Assembly: GCA_964583795.1 (NCBI GenBank)
Contig: CAZOWX010000005.1
Location: 861 to 64,860, forward strand
From: an uncultured Pseudomonadales bacterium
Lineage (GTDB): Bacteria > Patescibacteriota > Microgenomatia > UBA1400 > PJMF01
Reading direction: 5' to 3'
Length of the DNA stretch: 64,000 nt
Positions 9,818 to 17,993 of the stretch are shown piece after piece. The translations under genes were made by a program, and so were the position numbers. How positions within the stretch are numbered: position 1 is the stretch's first letter; each line of letters starts with the position of its first letter. The notes beneath the pieces are model-generated. The model was not told the origin of the DNA. It worked only from the letters and a program-made list of their open reading frames with translations, and ran no database searches.

Positions 9818-10903
9818 TCAAAAGGTCCCTACTGCTACTAAAGTGAGCGTTTCTGCATAATCATTTGCAGCTGGAGTAATATTTTTTATCTTTGCCTTAA
9901 TTAGAGCTGAGCCTCGACCACCGGTAATTGGGGAAGAGCTCGAGTTAAACAACTCTTGAAACACCGTACTGATTTGACCCACAGTATCACTCGTCCCATT
10001 AAACGGTGATACTGGAGCGAATGGCCCACCACTTGTTTCAGCAACACTGCCTGAGCGAATCCCAAAACCTTCACTCAATGCACTAAGATCACCCGTCACT
10101 GAAGAAATCGTATGACTCACCGCTGTACTATACAAACCCGCACTGTCACCAAGAATAAACACTTGTCCTCCACCCGTAGCATTTGTTGATAAGTCAACCC
10201 AAATTCGCTCGGAAGCTGTTGTAACACTGCCTGGGGTCAGCGTCCCCAAAGAAAGACTATACGGCGCAGCTGACTCACTATCTGATGACGATACATCAAT
10301 ATCGAAACTGAGCGTTGAGTTCGCAGTGGCCACACTGGCCGTTGGTCCCCAAGGTCCTTCAGTATAATCACCTCTCTCAGCTTTAACCTTGAAATAGTAC
10401 GTGGTACCTGGGTCCAATCCTATGACAAACTCACCTGACGCTCCCCCCCAATCCGCATACGCTTGCCAATCTTCTATTCCTAACGTTGCACCAACCGTGT
10501 TATCAGATTGAACATACTGTGTGGTAGAAAAATTGTCGTCGGAAATAGCAATGGCATACGTTGTGTTGGAAGGATTGCTGGCAGTATTGACTACAACGTT
10601 CAATTTATTGTAGTAATTGCTCGCATTCGTCACTGTTGGAGCTGTGGGAGTATTAGCAAACTGGGTATACAAAAGCCCAGGCCAGGCATTGAAGTTGGTC
10701 CCCGTTAAAGCTGTTGAGCTGGTTTCGCCCAACACATACTCACCTTTATAATTTCCAGATGCTCCAGTGGTTTCTCCCCCCGCACCAAAACCAAATCCGT
10801 CAAGTTTATAATTCGTACTGGCTGGAAGAGTCAACAACATCAAACACACAGTTGTTGCAACTTTGTCTTTCAGCTGAAATAAAAGTTTTCGAAACATGTT
10901 CAC
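9818..10903 (-). CDS. Secreted protein (361 aa) with a fibronectin-III-like beta domain.
   Basis: Signal peptide MFRKLLFQLKDKVATTVCLMLLTLPAST. Fn3-like segment GTTYYFKVKAERGDYTEGPWGPTASV. Ser/Thr/Gly-rich. Confidence 0.55.
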   Translation of the reverse strand: MNMFRKLLFQLKDKVATTVCLMLLTLPASTNYKLDGFGFGAGGETTGASGNYKGEYVLGETSSTALTGTNFNAWPGLLYTQFANTPTAPTVTNASNYYNKLNVVVNTASNPSNTTYAIAISDDNFSTTQYVQSDNTVGATLGIEDWQAYADWGGASGEFVIGLDPGTTYYFKVKAERGDYTEGPWGPTASVATANSTLSFDIDVSSSDSESAAPYSLSLGTLTPGSVTTASERIWVDLSTNATGGGQVFILGDSAGLYSTAVSHTISSVTGDLSALSEGFGIRSGSVAETSGGPFAPVSPFNGTSDTVGQISTVFQELFNSSSSPITGGRGSALIKAKIKNITPAANDYAETLTLVAVGTF

Positions 10904-11004
10904 CTTTTGACACGTATGCTAGATTGTCACAATCCAAATGTGACAAACTCTCAAGCTTGAAAAGCTTTTTTATGTTGTCTGAATTAATCAAGTATATATC
11001 AATA

Positions 11005-11694
11005 CTACTTCATCAACACAGATTCCAGAACTTGACCCACTATTTCTTTTGCTTCATCTTTTGACCCTACAAAATCATGCAGTGAAACGACCAAAACCCC
11101 ATCCTTACTGTCGACAAACGCAGTTGTCTCCTGAACTGCCTGAAAACTGAGTGTCTGATACTGTGCAGTTTGAATTTCTACAGGAGTGTATATATCTGCT
11201 TGCTTCTGTCGCAAAACCAATCCTGTATCATCGTGCAATGATTTTCCCTGTGCATACTTTGTCCAAGAAACTGTTAACGCTCCTTTAGGGTGATACAGCG
11301 TACTGCGAACTACACACTTGGTTTCAGTTTCCTCTACTATTGGACTGTATTGACCTTCAAATTGATAGGAAAAACAAGCAGTATCACCTTCTTTTTTCTG
11401 TTTAGAGTTACCACCAACTTCTCGCACTCTTGCAGAACCGACATCTCTCAAGCGAGCTTGTGATACGTCACTGACTTCATGACCATACTGGGGTGAAGAA
11501 AAGAATACCCAAACTCGAACGACTCCTATAGCCAACACCAAAAGCAACAAACCAGCCAGCAAAACAACTCGTTTTTTGACTAGCGTTTGTTTTTTTCGCG
11601 TCGTCTTTGACGAAGCTGTGGTTTGTTCCTGTGCTTGCGGTACCAAAGCGCACCTCCTCCTGCTAGGATACAAAAAATACCAACCACTAACCAT
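11005..11694 (-). CDS. Hypothetical membrane-anchored protein (229 aa as called; true start probably downstream of the 115-bp overlap with the preceding gene).
   Basis: TM segment VVLLAGLLLLVLAIGVVRVWVFF. The first 38 codons overlap the 317-aa gene in another frame. A TTG just after the upstream stop (K Q T L V K K R V V L L...) is a candidate real start. Confidence 0.4.
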   Translation of the reverse strand: MVSGWYFLYPSRRRCALVPQAQEQTTASSKTTRKKQTLVKKRVVLLAGLLLLVLAIGVVRVWVFFSSPQYGHEVSDVSQARLRDVGSARVREVGGNSKQKKEGDTACFSYQFEGQYSPIVEETETKCVVRSTLYHPKGALTVSWTKYAQGKSLHDDTGLVLRQKQADIYTPVEIQTAQYQTLSFQAVQETTAFVDSKDGVLVVSLHDFVGSKDEAKEIVGQVLESVLMK

Positions 11695-12533
11695 GGTGAA
11701 AGATAAAAATAACTTGTTTGATAGTTGTACTTCGCTTCATAATCCGCAGTTGATCCAGTAATCTCCAAGGACAAAAATGAAACTGGAAAAACCCATCGCG
11801 AGCGATGAACAAAGACGGGAACTACTCGGCGCATACCGGGCAGGATTAAAACTGAGTCTTCATTTACAACAGCTTGAGCGACTACTCGACGGAACTGATC
11901 TCGAACTAATAATGTTCCCCGAGGAATAACATGGACGTTGCCTCTGTTTTCAAAGCTCAGATCAACCCGTTTGGGAAAATGCACAGAAACAGAACGCTGT
12001 GTTGGCTGTACACTGATCAAAGATAAATTTATCTGTTCTCCATCGACTTTTCGCACCAGCAAAAGTGAAGCCACTGCCGGTAAAACCTGATGATCAACTT
12101 TTGTGTCAGTTACTAACTTGCTCACAAGTGCAACATAATGTCCACCTGGAGAAAGAGAGGCTCGATTGTGAACTCGAAAACTTATCTTTTTGCTCGAATG
12201 CGGAGATATCGTTGCAAAGCTTTGATCAAACAGTACATAGTTAATCTCACCAACAGCCTCATTAAGCGAAGGATTAAAAAATGACAATGAACCAAGGTAA
12301 TCAACAGCCGTATATGCTACGACTTCGAACTGGAACTGCAACTCTTGATCAGTATTATTTTCGAGTGTGAAAGACCCTGACTGTTTGTCTGAACTTTTGT
12401 CGATAACGATCTCTTGATATGCTGGAGAAATAATGACATCTTGAGAATTTTGCGCCTGGACCTTTTGTACTTTCACACAAAATACGACAAGAGCCAAGGA
12501 TAAGACAGATAGTCGTATTTGATACCACTGCAT
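11580..12533 (-). CDS. Cell-surface protein (317 aa): N-terminal signal peptide, C-terminal TM anchor plus polybasic tail. Paralogue of the 364-aa upstream gene.
   Basis: Signal MQWYQIRLSVLSLALVVFCVKVQKVQAQ. C-terminus LVVGIFCILAGGGALWYRKHRNKPQLRQRRREKNKR. Shares the motif ENRGNVHVIPRGTLLV with the 364-aa protein (NTGNVHLAPVGNIFI). Confidence 0.55.
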   Translation of the reverse strand: MQWYQIRLSVLSLALVVFCVKVQKVQAQNSQDVIISPAYQEIVIDKSSDKQSGSFTLENNTDQELQFQFEVVAYTAVDYLGSLSFFNPSLNEAVGEINYVLFDQSFATISPHSSKKISFRVHNRASLSPGGHYVALVSKLVTDTKVDHQVLPAVASLLLVRKVDGEQINLSLISVQPTQRSVSVHFPKRVDLSFENRGNVHVIPRGTLLVRDQFRRVVAQAVVNEDSVLILPGMRRVVPVFVHRSRWVFPVSFLSLEITGSTADYEAKYNYQTSYFYLSPWLVVGIFCILAGGGALWYRKHRNKPQLRQRRREKNKR

Positions 12534-12590
12534 AAAAGTATCATCACATAGCAGATTACCCAGTACAAGACCAAAGCCAAGAAAATCAAA

Positions 12591-13685
12591 TTATTTTGTT
12601 CGTTTGCGTTTTCGTTTCAACAATAAAAATATCGGCATAAACAACCCCAACAGCGCTAATAACACAATCACAGCAATCACTCCTAAGATTTTCCAAGGAA
12701 TAACCCAAAAACTCACAACTGCCTCGGTTGGGACATCTCGCTCACCGTCGTCGTAAATAAAAATCAAATGAGCGTTATATTTTCCAAAACGAAACTTATC
12801 CGCCTGAGAAAAGTCCCATTTTACCTTCTTCTTCGGCTTTCCTTGTTCATCTTTTACAAGACTCCCATCAATACTTTCTGCTTCATAACGAGGAAAACCA
12901 TCATTCCAATCAAGGTGATAGGTTCTCACCGAGTTTGGCAAAACAACTCCCAGTGTTCTATTCAACTCAATCATTCCCGCATCTCTTTTCTTGGCATCAT
13001 CAATAAAAATGTTCCCAACAGGAGCTAAGTGCACATTTCCAGTGTTTTTTATTTCAATAGAAAATTCCGCTGGCAGATACTCATACACTTTTTTTGAAGT
13101 TGAAAAAGAAACCAGCTGTAGCTCTTGCTTTTCATATGGGACAATCACTTTTGTTAGTAAAAGCACTGCGGGCGCTCCAATCACGGTTGATTCACCCTCA
13201 GTGGCATGTGTCGCACTGGCTCGCCGAATCACGATTGCATAGTAGTACGATAAACCAGCAGAATCTGGAGGTGAAAAATCAACGTTGAGCGTTTGCCACT
13301 TCTGCGGTTCGAGCGAGAATTGCGAGGGGGTAATCTTGAGCCAATGTTGAGCCTCATCACCCGCAGCAAACTCACTTAAAGCAGGAGAACTGCCATTGGC
13401 CTGTGCAGTAAAGGTCATCAAGTGGATTTCAAGAAGCTCCGTTTCATCACCAGCATTGAGAACCTTCAGAGAAGTTTGCCCAGACTCTCCTGGTTTCGTA
13501 TCCAAAAATAATGAAGGTGGAGAGACTGTTAACCGAATCGGGGAAGCCGGAGCAAGAACGGTTGGAGTCGGAGAGGGGATTACTTGCGCACTATTACTCG
13601 CGTCTGATACGGCTAACACTTGAGCAATACTCTGCAGAATCAAAATACTCAGCAAACACACAATAGTAAATCGTTTCGCCATCAT
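12591..13685 (-). CDS. Cell-surface protein (364 aa): signal peptide, C-terminal TM anchor plus polybasic tail. First gene of the minus-strand surface cluster.
   Basis: Signal MMAKRFTIVCLLSILILQSIAQVLA. C-terminus WKILGVIAVIVLLALLGLFMPIFLLLKRKRKRTK. The architecture is reminiscent of DUF916/DUF3324-type Gram-positive surface proteins, but that resemblance is untested. Confidence 0.55.
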   Translation of the reverse strand: MMAKRFTIVCLLSILILQSIAQVLAVSDASNSAQVIPSPTPTVLAPASPIRLTVSPPSLFLDTKPGESGQTSLKVLNAGDETELLEIHLMTFTAQANGSSPALSEFAAGDEAQHWLKITPSQFSLEPQKWQTLNVDFSPPDSAGLSYYYAIVIRRASATHATEGESTVIGAPAVLLLTKVIVPYEKQELQLVSFSTSKKVYEYLPAEFSIEIKNTGNVHLAPVGNIFIDDAKKRDAGMIELNRTLGVVLPNSVRTYHLDWNDGFPRYEAESIDGSLVKDEQGKPKKKVKWDFSQADKFRFGKYNAHLIFIYDDGERDVPTEAVVSFWVIPWKILGVIAVIVLLALLGLFMPIFLLLKRKRKRTK

Positions 13686-13849
13686 TGAGCCCGCTACTTT
13701 CTTGATTTCCTACAACTTGCTGTATCATCTGCGTCTATGTTACTTCACAACAAGTCCATTATGACAGATATATGCCAAACCGATCATTTCGTCAAGGAGA
13801 ATCCGAAATGCATCGTTGATCTGAGCAGTTTTTTGATATTGATGGGGCA

Positions 13850-13886
13850 TAAAAAAACAACACCGTTTTGCGGTGTTGTTTTTTAT
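13850..13886. terminator. Bidirectional Rho-independent terminator (perfect palindrome flanked by an A-run and a T-run).
   Basis: aaaaaaacaacaccg-tttt-gcggtgttgtttttt. Sits 17 bp beyond the 3' end of the minus-strand Spy-like gene. Confidence 0.6.
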
Positions 13887-13902
13887 AAGCAAAAAAAGCT
13901 TT

Positions 13903-14382
13903 TTACTCTTCCATCATTGGTCCATGACCACCACCATAACGACCCATTCCACCCATCAGGTAGCGCAAATCAATTCCATTCTCTTGAGCCCACCGTACCA
14001 GTTCTTGGCGGTGTTGCTCGCGAGTGGCTTGACGCTCCTCTCGAGTTTGATCATCAAACTCGCTCGCATCAGGTCGATTCGCTGCTAACTGCGCGCGTTT
14101 AGCAAGAATAGCTTGCTTTTGGGCTTCAGTCAGCTTGCCATCAGTAACGTCTTGAGTGAGACGCTCTTCGAACCGAGACTCAGCTTGCTCTCGCAGCTGT
14201 GAGCGGTGCTCATCAAACACAGCTTGGACGTCAGCTTGATTGAGTCCAAATTTTTGTGAAATTGTTTGGACCAAGCTTTGCGATGGGTTGATCATCGTCT
14301 TGGCTGACACTTCTCCATGATTTAGTAATAATGCGGCACCCAACACAATTGCCGCGATGGGTACAAATACAGCTTTTTTCAT
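13903..14382 (-). CDS. Periplasmic Spy/CpxP-like (LTXXQ motif) protein. Start taken at MKKAVFV, which is preceded by a strong SD.
   Basis: Signal peptide MKKAVFVPIAAIVLGAALLLNHGEVSA. LTEAQKQAILAKRAQL matches the LTXXQ motif. Repeated helical EQAESRFEERLTQ segments, C-terminal GGMGRYGGGHGPMMEE. AAAGGAG lies 8 nt before this ATG. The longer ORF to 14421 lacks an SD. Confidence 0.5.
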   Translation of the reverse strand: MKKAVFVPIAAIVLGAALLLNHGEVSAKTMINPSQSLVQTISQKFGLNQADVQAVFDEHRSQLREQAESRFEERLTQDVTDGKLTEAQKQAILAKRAQLAANRPDASEFDDQTREERQATREQHRQELVRWAQENGIDLRYLMGGMGRYGGGHGPMMEE

Positions 14383-14449
14383 AACTGTATCTCCTTTCAT
14401 GCTGAAACTATACAAAGACAATCTGAAAGCGAGCTTAATGGGGGAACAG

Positions 14450-14498
14450 TCAGGTGTCGGGTGTCGGGTATCAGGTGTCAGGTTTCGAGTTTCAGATT
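14450..14498. repeat. Seven tandem heptamers TC[AG][GA]GT[GTA] (tcaggtg tcgggtg tcgggta tcaggtg tcaggtt tcgagtt tcagatt) in the 5' region of the Spy-like gene.
   Basis: Direct reading of 14450-14498. Seven perfect-period 7-bp units. Confidence 0.7.
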
Positions 14499-14611
14499 CA
14501 ACATCGACATAGTTGCCGTCGAAGAACTATCTTACATTTGGAAGTGGAAGCTAACTCGTTAATTTCTTTGAGCAACTTTTGTAGTGAGGACATATACTAA
14601 TACGCGCAAGT

Positions 14612-15814
14612 TTATAGATACTTTCCTCTGATCTCAACATTTGAGATGGTGAATGAAAATGGTTCAGTGTGGACATCATCGACTCGCACCGATTGTTCGA
14701 CAAAAATTTTGCGCTGTACTCCACTGTCCTCGGCCAACTTCGAAGCAACGTTCACGGGACCCCCTGCGATCTCAAACCCTTCTTTCATCGGAAATAGCAA
14801 CACATCTCCAAAGGTTATGCCGATGTTAGCGATAAACTCGTTATGCTCGAGTTTTTCAAAAACTGCTTTAGCAAAAGTTATGGCAGCCTTTGGATCATCA
14901 CTCACAAAGATGGCCAAATTGCCATTTGACTTCACTTTAGTGAGTTCGGGAAAAGTACTATGCACCTGATTTACATATGCATTTGCCACAATATAGCTGG
15001 TTAACTCTTCCAAAAGTTGCTCTTGCCGTTGATGATAGACCCTCATCAAGACCACAGCTTTGCGTTGTAAAAATTTGGGCATATGAGCTTGTCTCTCTTC
15101 TTTTGAAAGCTGATCATAACGACAAAGAAATTGGTAAAACTCATCATTAAATGGATAGGGATAACTGCCATCTGTTTTTTTTCTTACTAGCGGTGATTGT
15201 GAAGCATAATCCAGTACATACGCATTTGGATACTCACTGTGCTCTTTTACGTATTTGAGGTATTCGCGGGCCAAATATTTCCCAACATCCTTTGTCAGTG
15301 CAATTTCGCCCCCAGCCGTATGGTTTTCAGCTAACTCTTCCAGATTCTCAGCTTCTTCTCCGTAGAGTCCTCCGCCAATTTCTAAAAACGTCCCTCGATG
15401 CACTCCCATTCCAACCTGAACGGTCAGCTGCTTTATTTCCCTCTGGGCAGCAATCATTGCTTCAATCACTTCCTGAGTCGATATGGACTCGTCATAGAAC
15501 ATTTGGGTGTTATCAGCTACCCACAACCCAATTCCACGACCACCAATTGCTGTGCCATACGCATGGATCACTTCTTTTGGTTGACTGATCAGTTGCATGA
15601 CATCCAACAGTTCAAGTTGTGCTGACAGCTTGCTGAGACCGGCAGAGTCCGAAGAAACAACCGTGCCTTTTTTTTCGTATGGACTGAGCAACTCGAGATG
15701 TTTTTTGCCACTTTTATCACTCGTATTCCAAAGCAAAATAAGCTCTAAGGGAATCGCTCCCGCTATATCTTGTGAAAGATCTGCCAAAACTGGGGTGATT
15801 GGTGTGTTTGCCAT
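14612..15814 (-). CDS. Tandem class-III nucleotidyl-cyclase-homology-domain protein (400 aa). The two halves are complementary and degenerate, like a single-chain pseudo-heterodimer.
   Basis: Half 2 keeps the hallmark motif IAGGPVNVASKLAEDSG (compare GDTVNxAxRxE). Half 1 has the corresponding segment degenerated (GGGLYGEEAENLEELAE) but keeps VVSSDSAGLSKL, which aligns to the metal-Asp motif FxDIxGFT. No N-terminal TM. Confidence 0.4.
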   Translation of the reverse strand: MANTPITPVLADLSQDIAGAIPLELILLWNTSDKSGKKHLELLSPYEKKGTVVSSDSAGLSKLSAQLELLDVMQLISQPKEVIHAYGTAIGGRGIGLWVADNTQMFYDESISTQEVIEAMIAAQREIKQLTVQVGMGVHRGTFLEIGGGLYGEEAENLEELAENHTAGGEIALTKDVGKYLAREYLKYVKEHSEYPNAYVLDYASQSPLVRKKTDGSYPYPFNDEFYQFLCRYDQLSKEERQAHMPKFLQRKAVVLMRVYHQRQEQLLEELTSYIVANAYVNQVHSTFPELTKVKSNGNLAIFVSDDPKAAITFAKAVFEKLEHNEFIANIGITFGDVLLFPMKEGFEIAGGPVNVASKLAEDSGVQRKIFVEQSVRVDDVHTEPFSFTISNVEIRGKYL

Positions 15815-15822
15815 AGAAATCT

Positions 15823-15828
15823 ATTATA
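15823..15828 (-). promoter_or_regulatory. -10 box TATAAT 8 nt upstream of the cyclase-like gene ATG (leaderless arrangement).
   Basis: Reverse complement of 15815-15840 reads gcagTATAATagatttctATG. Confidence 0.35.
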
Positions 15829-15903
15829 CTGCTCATAAAGTGCTTCACACTTTCGAATTTCACTTGATTGTTCTATACTGGGACCTATAGAGAAAGGTAT
15901 TTT

Positions 15904-16293
15904 ATGACAGGATTCGTCGGCCATATTGAAGAACTCACTCAAAACAACACGGCGTTTCGCCAAGTGATCTTCACTGCCAAACATTCGCAACTGGTGCTGA
16001 TGCATTTGAACCCTAACGAAGATATTGGTCTAGAAATGCACGACAGTGTTGATCAGTTTTTCCGCGTTGAAAGTGGTAGCGGTAAAGTGATCATGAATGG
16101 CGAAGAACACTTGATTAGTGATGGTGATGCGATCATCGTTCCAGCAGGAACACAGCACAACATCATCAACACATCTTCTGAGCAACCACTCAAACTCTAC
16201 ACCATTTATAGTCCACCCAATCACCGTGATGGTGTGGTCCATCAAACGAAACATGACGCTGAAATGGACGAAACTGATGTTCCAGAAGCATAG
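15904..16293 (+). CDS. Cupin-domain protein (~129 aa).
   Basis: Two cupin motifs: GLEMHDSVDQFFRVESGSGKV and GDAIIVPAGTQHNIINTS. GAAAGG SD lies before the ATG at 15904; the longer upstream ORF lacks an SD. Confidence 0.6.
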   Translation: MTGFVGHIEELTQNNTAFRQVIFTAKHSQLVLMHLNPNEDIGLEMHDSVDQFFRVESGSGKVIMNGEEHLISDGDAIIVPAGTQHNIINTSSEQPLKLYTIYSPPNHRDGVVHQTKHDAEMDETDVPEA

Positions 16294-16318
16294 TATATAA
16301 ATAGTATATTTAAACAAT

Positions 16319-16603
16319 ATGACTGACTCATCAACGCAGCAGGATTTCTCGGCAACACCAAGTGGCAGCTTTCAAGTGCCAAGCGCTATTAACGATGATG
16401 CACACAACTCTTCGCCTCTCTCCCCTGACGAAATCAGCGAAAGCGAAGTCAGTGGGAGCACCCCTGATCCAGAATCAGATGACAACATGTTGGAAAACGA
16501 ACACGAAGTGGGACTCTACACTGACGCCACGGATGACGATGCTCCAGAATTGAATATCGCTGAACAAATCGAAAAAGCTGAGCAGGCTCATCGCGAAAGC
16601 TGA
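16319..16603 (+). CDS. Small highly acidic, disordered protein (94 aa), hypothetical.
   Basis: Composition D/E/S/T/P-rich (SPDEISESEVSGSTPDPESDDNMLENEHE). Ends 2 bp from the purA stop on the opposite strand. Confidence 0.35.
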   Translation: MTDSSTQQDFSATPSGSFQVPSAINDDAHNSSPLSPDEISESEVSGSTPDPESDDNMLENEHEVGLYTDATDDDAPELNIAEQIEKAEQAHRES

Positions 16604-16605
16604 CC

Positions 16606-17958
16606 CTACAACCGGATACTCTGATTGCGCTTTGGACCAGTCGTAATCATAATGATCTTAGTTCCTAACTCTTTTTCCACAAATTTTAGAAATGTCTTAG
16701 CCGTCGTTGGAATTTCTTTGTAACTTTTGGCTGCTTGAATCTTTCTCTGATCCCACGGTTTAAACTCTTTATACACCGGTTTCACTTTAAACAGGAACTC
16801 TTGATCTGGTCGATAGCTCACTTTTTTGCCTCGTATGGTATACCCCACGCATACTTTGATTGGAGTGTCCGCATATGAAATATCCATGTGAGTGAGCACA
16901 TGGGCGTTCACTTTTCCAACTTTGGCATAATAACGAAGCGCCTCCAAATCAAGATAGGCAATGTCTCGCGGGCGTTTCGTCGTGGCGCCATACTCATTGG
17001 CATCTTCGCGAATCCGATTGGCTAACTTGCCACTCATCATCGTCGGGATCTGGCGTGTTCCCACACTACTCATATAGGTAGCTTTGATCACCGCCGCGCG
17101 CACTTTGATCAGATCGGAATCGATGATGCCTTCAGTTGCTGATTGAATTCCATCAAACGTTGTTGTGGAGGCAGTCACGTCTGGATAGACTCCCCATCGA
17201 TAATCAAGCCCAATTGCTTGTGCCTTCTCGAATACAAAACTACACTTGGGATCATTCCAGGTTTTTTGGATAAAATCAGACATGTTGGCAATCACACTTG
17301 CCAACTCTTCACTCTGCTTCATGAGTCGTTTGACGAAAACAGCGAGCGACCCGACCGGCTCCCCCTCAACATTTGCCAATCGCGCTACGTTGACTTGCGC
17401 TAGTTTTTGGCCCAAACCGCTGATGAGCGCATCGTAGAGTTTGTAATGTTGTTCGATTTTGGTTGAGTTAAATGGTTTTAAATCACGCACTCGCAGTGGG
17501 TGTCGAAGTAAAACGTCAGCATACGCGGGAGCAATTCCGCGCCCAGTAGACCCTTTCCCTCCATCTTGCCAACTTTTGAGCACGTTTTCAAAAGCTCGGT
17601 GAGTATCAAGCGATAAAATGGCCATCTCATCAAGATAGATTTTGGCCAACTCAACCTCTTTACTAAATTTTTTTACATCACTCAGCTCAGTTACCAAATC
17701 ACCGGGATGAATCACCATTTCTTTGCCCAAAACTACCACAGCCTCTTTACAAAAAATTCCTGATGGCAGCTGATGTAGCGCTATCGTTCCTGATAGAAGT
17801 GAGACTGTGTGCCCTGCATTGGCCCCTCCATTATCCCGATACACCACCACTGGTCCTTTTTTTGCCAACTTCGTGACATACTCATCAACAATCCGACCTT
17901 TCCCCTCATCACCAAAAGCTCCACCACAAAAGCCGTACGCATTGGGTTTTATTTTCAT
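16606..17958 (-). CDS. purA: Adenylosuccinate synthetase.
   Basis: N-terminal P-loop GGAFGDEGKGRIVD (GDEGKG signature) and overall length of 450 aa. AAGGAG SD 5 nt upstream. Confidence 0.85.
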   Translation of the reverse strand: MKIKPNAYGFCGGAFGDEGKGRIVDEYVTKLAKKGPVVVYRDNGGANAGHTVSLLSGTIALHQLPSGIFCKEAVVVLGKEMVIHPGDLVTELSDVKKFSKEVELAKIYLDEMAILSLDTHRAFENVLKSWQDGGKGSTGRGIAPAYADVLLRHPLRVRDLKPFNSTKIEQHYKLYDALISGLGQKLAQVNVARLANVEGEPVGSLAVFVKRLMKQSEELASVIANMSDFIQKTWNDPKCSFVFEKAQAIGLDYRWGVYPDVTASTTTFDGIQSATEGIIDSDLIKVRAAVIKATYMSSVGTRQIPTMMSGKLANRIREDANEYGATTKRPRDIAYLDLEALRYYAKVGKVNAHVLTHMDISYADTPIKVCVGYTIRGKKVSYRPDQEFLFKVKPVYKEFKPWDQRKIQAAKSYKEIPTTAKTFLKFVEKELGTKIIMITTGPKRNQSIRL

Positions 17959-17993
17959 ACTGCTCCTTTTTTTCTACTTTGTTTTTTATCTTG

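Noticed and set aside
14447-14498. Considered whether the heptamer array could be a CRISPR or minisatellite.
   Set aside because: The units are 7 bp with no spacers and total only 49 bp. This is not CRISPR architecture. Kept instead as a regulatory/phase-variation candidate.
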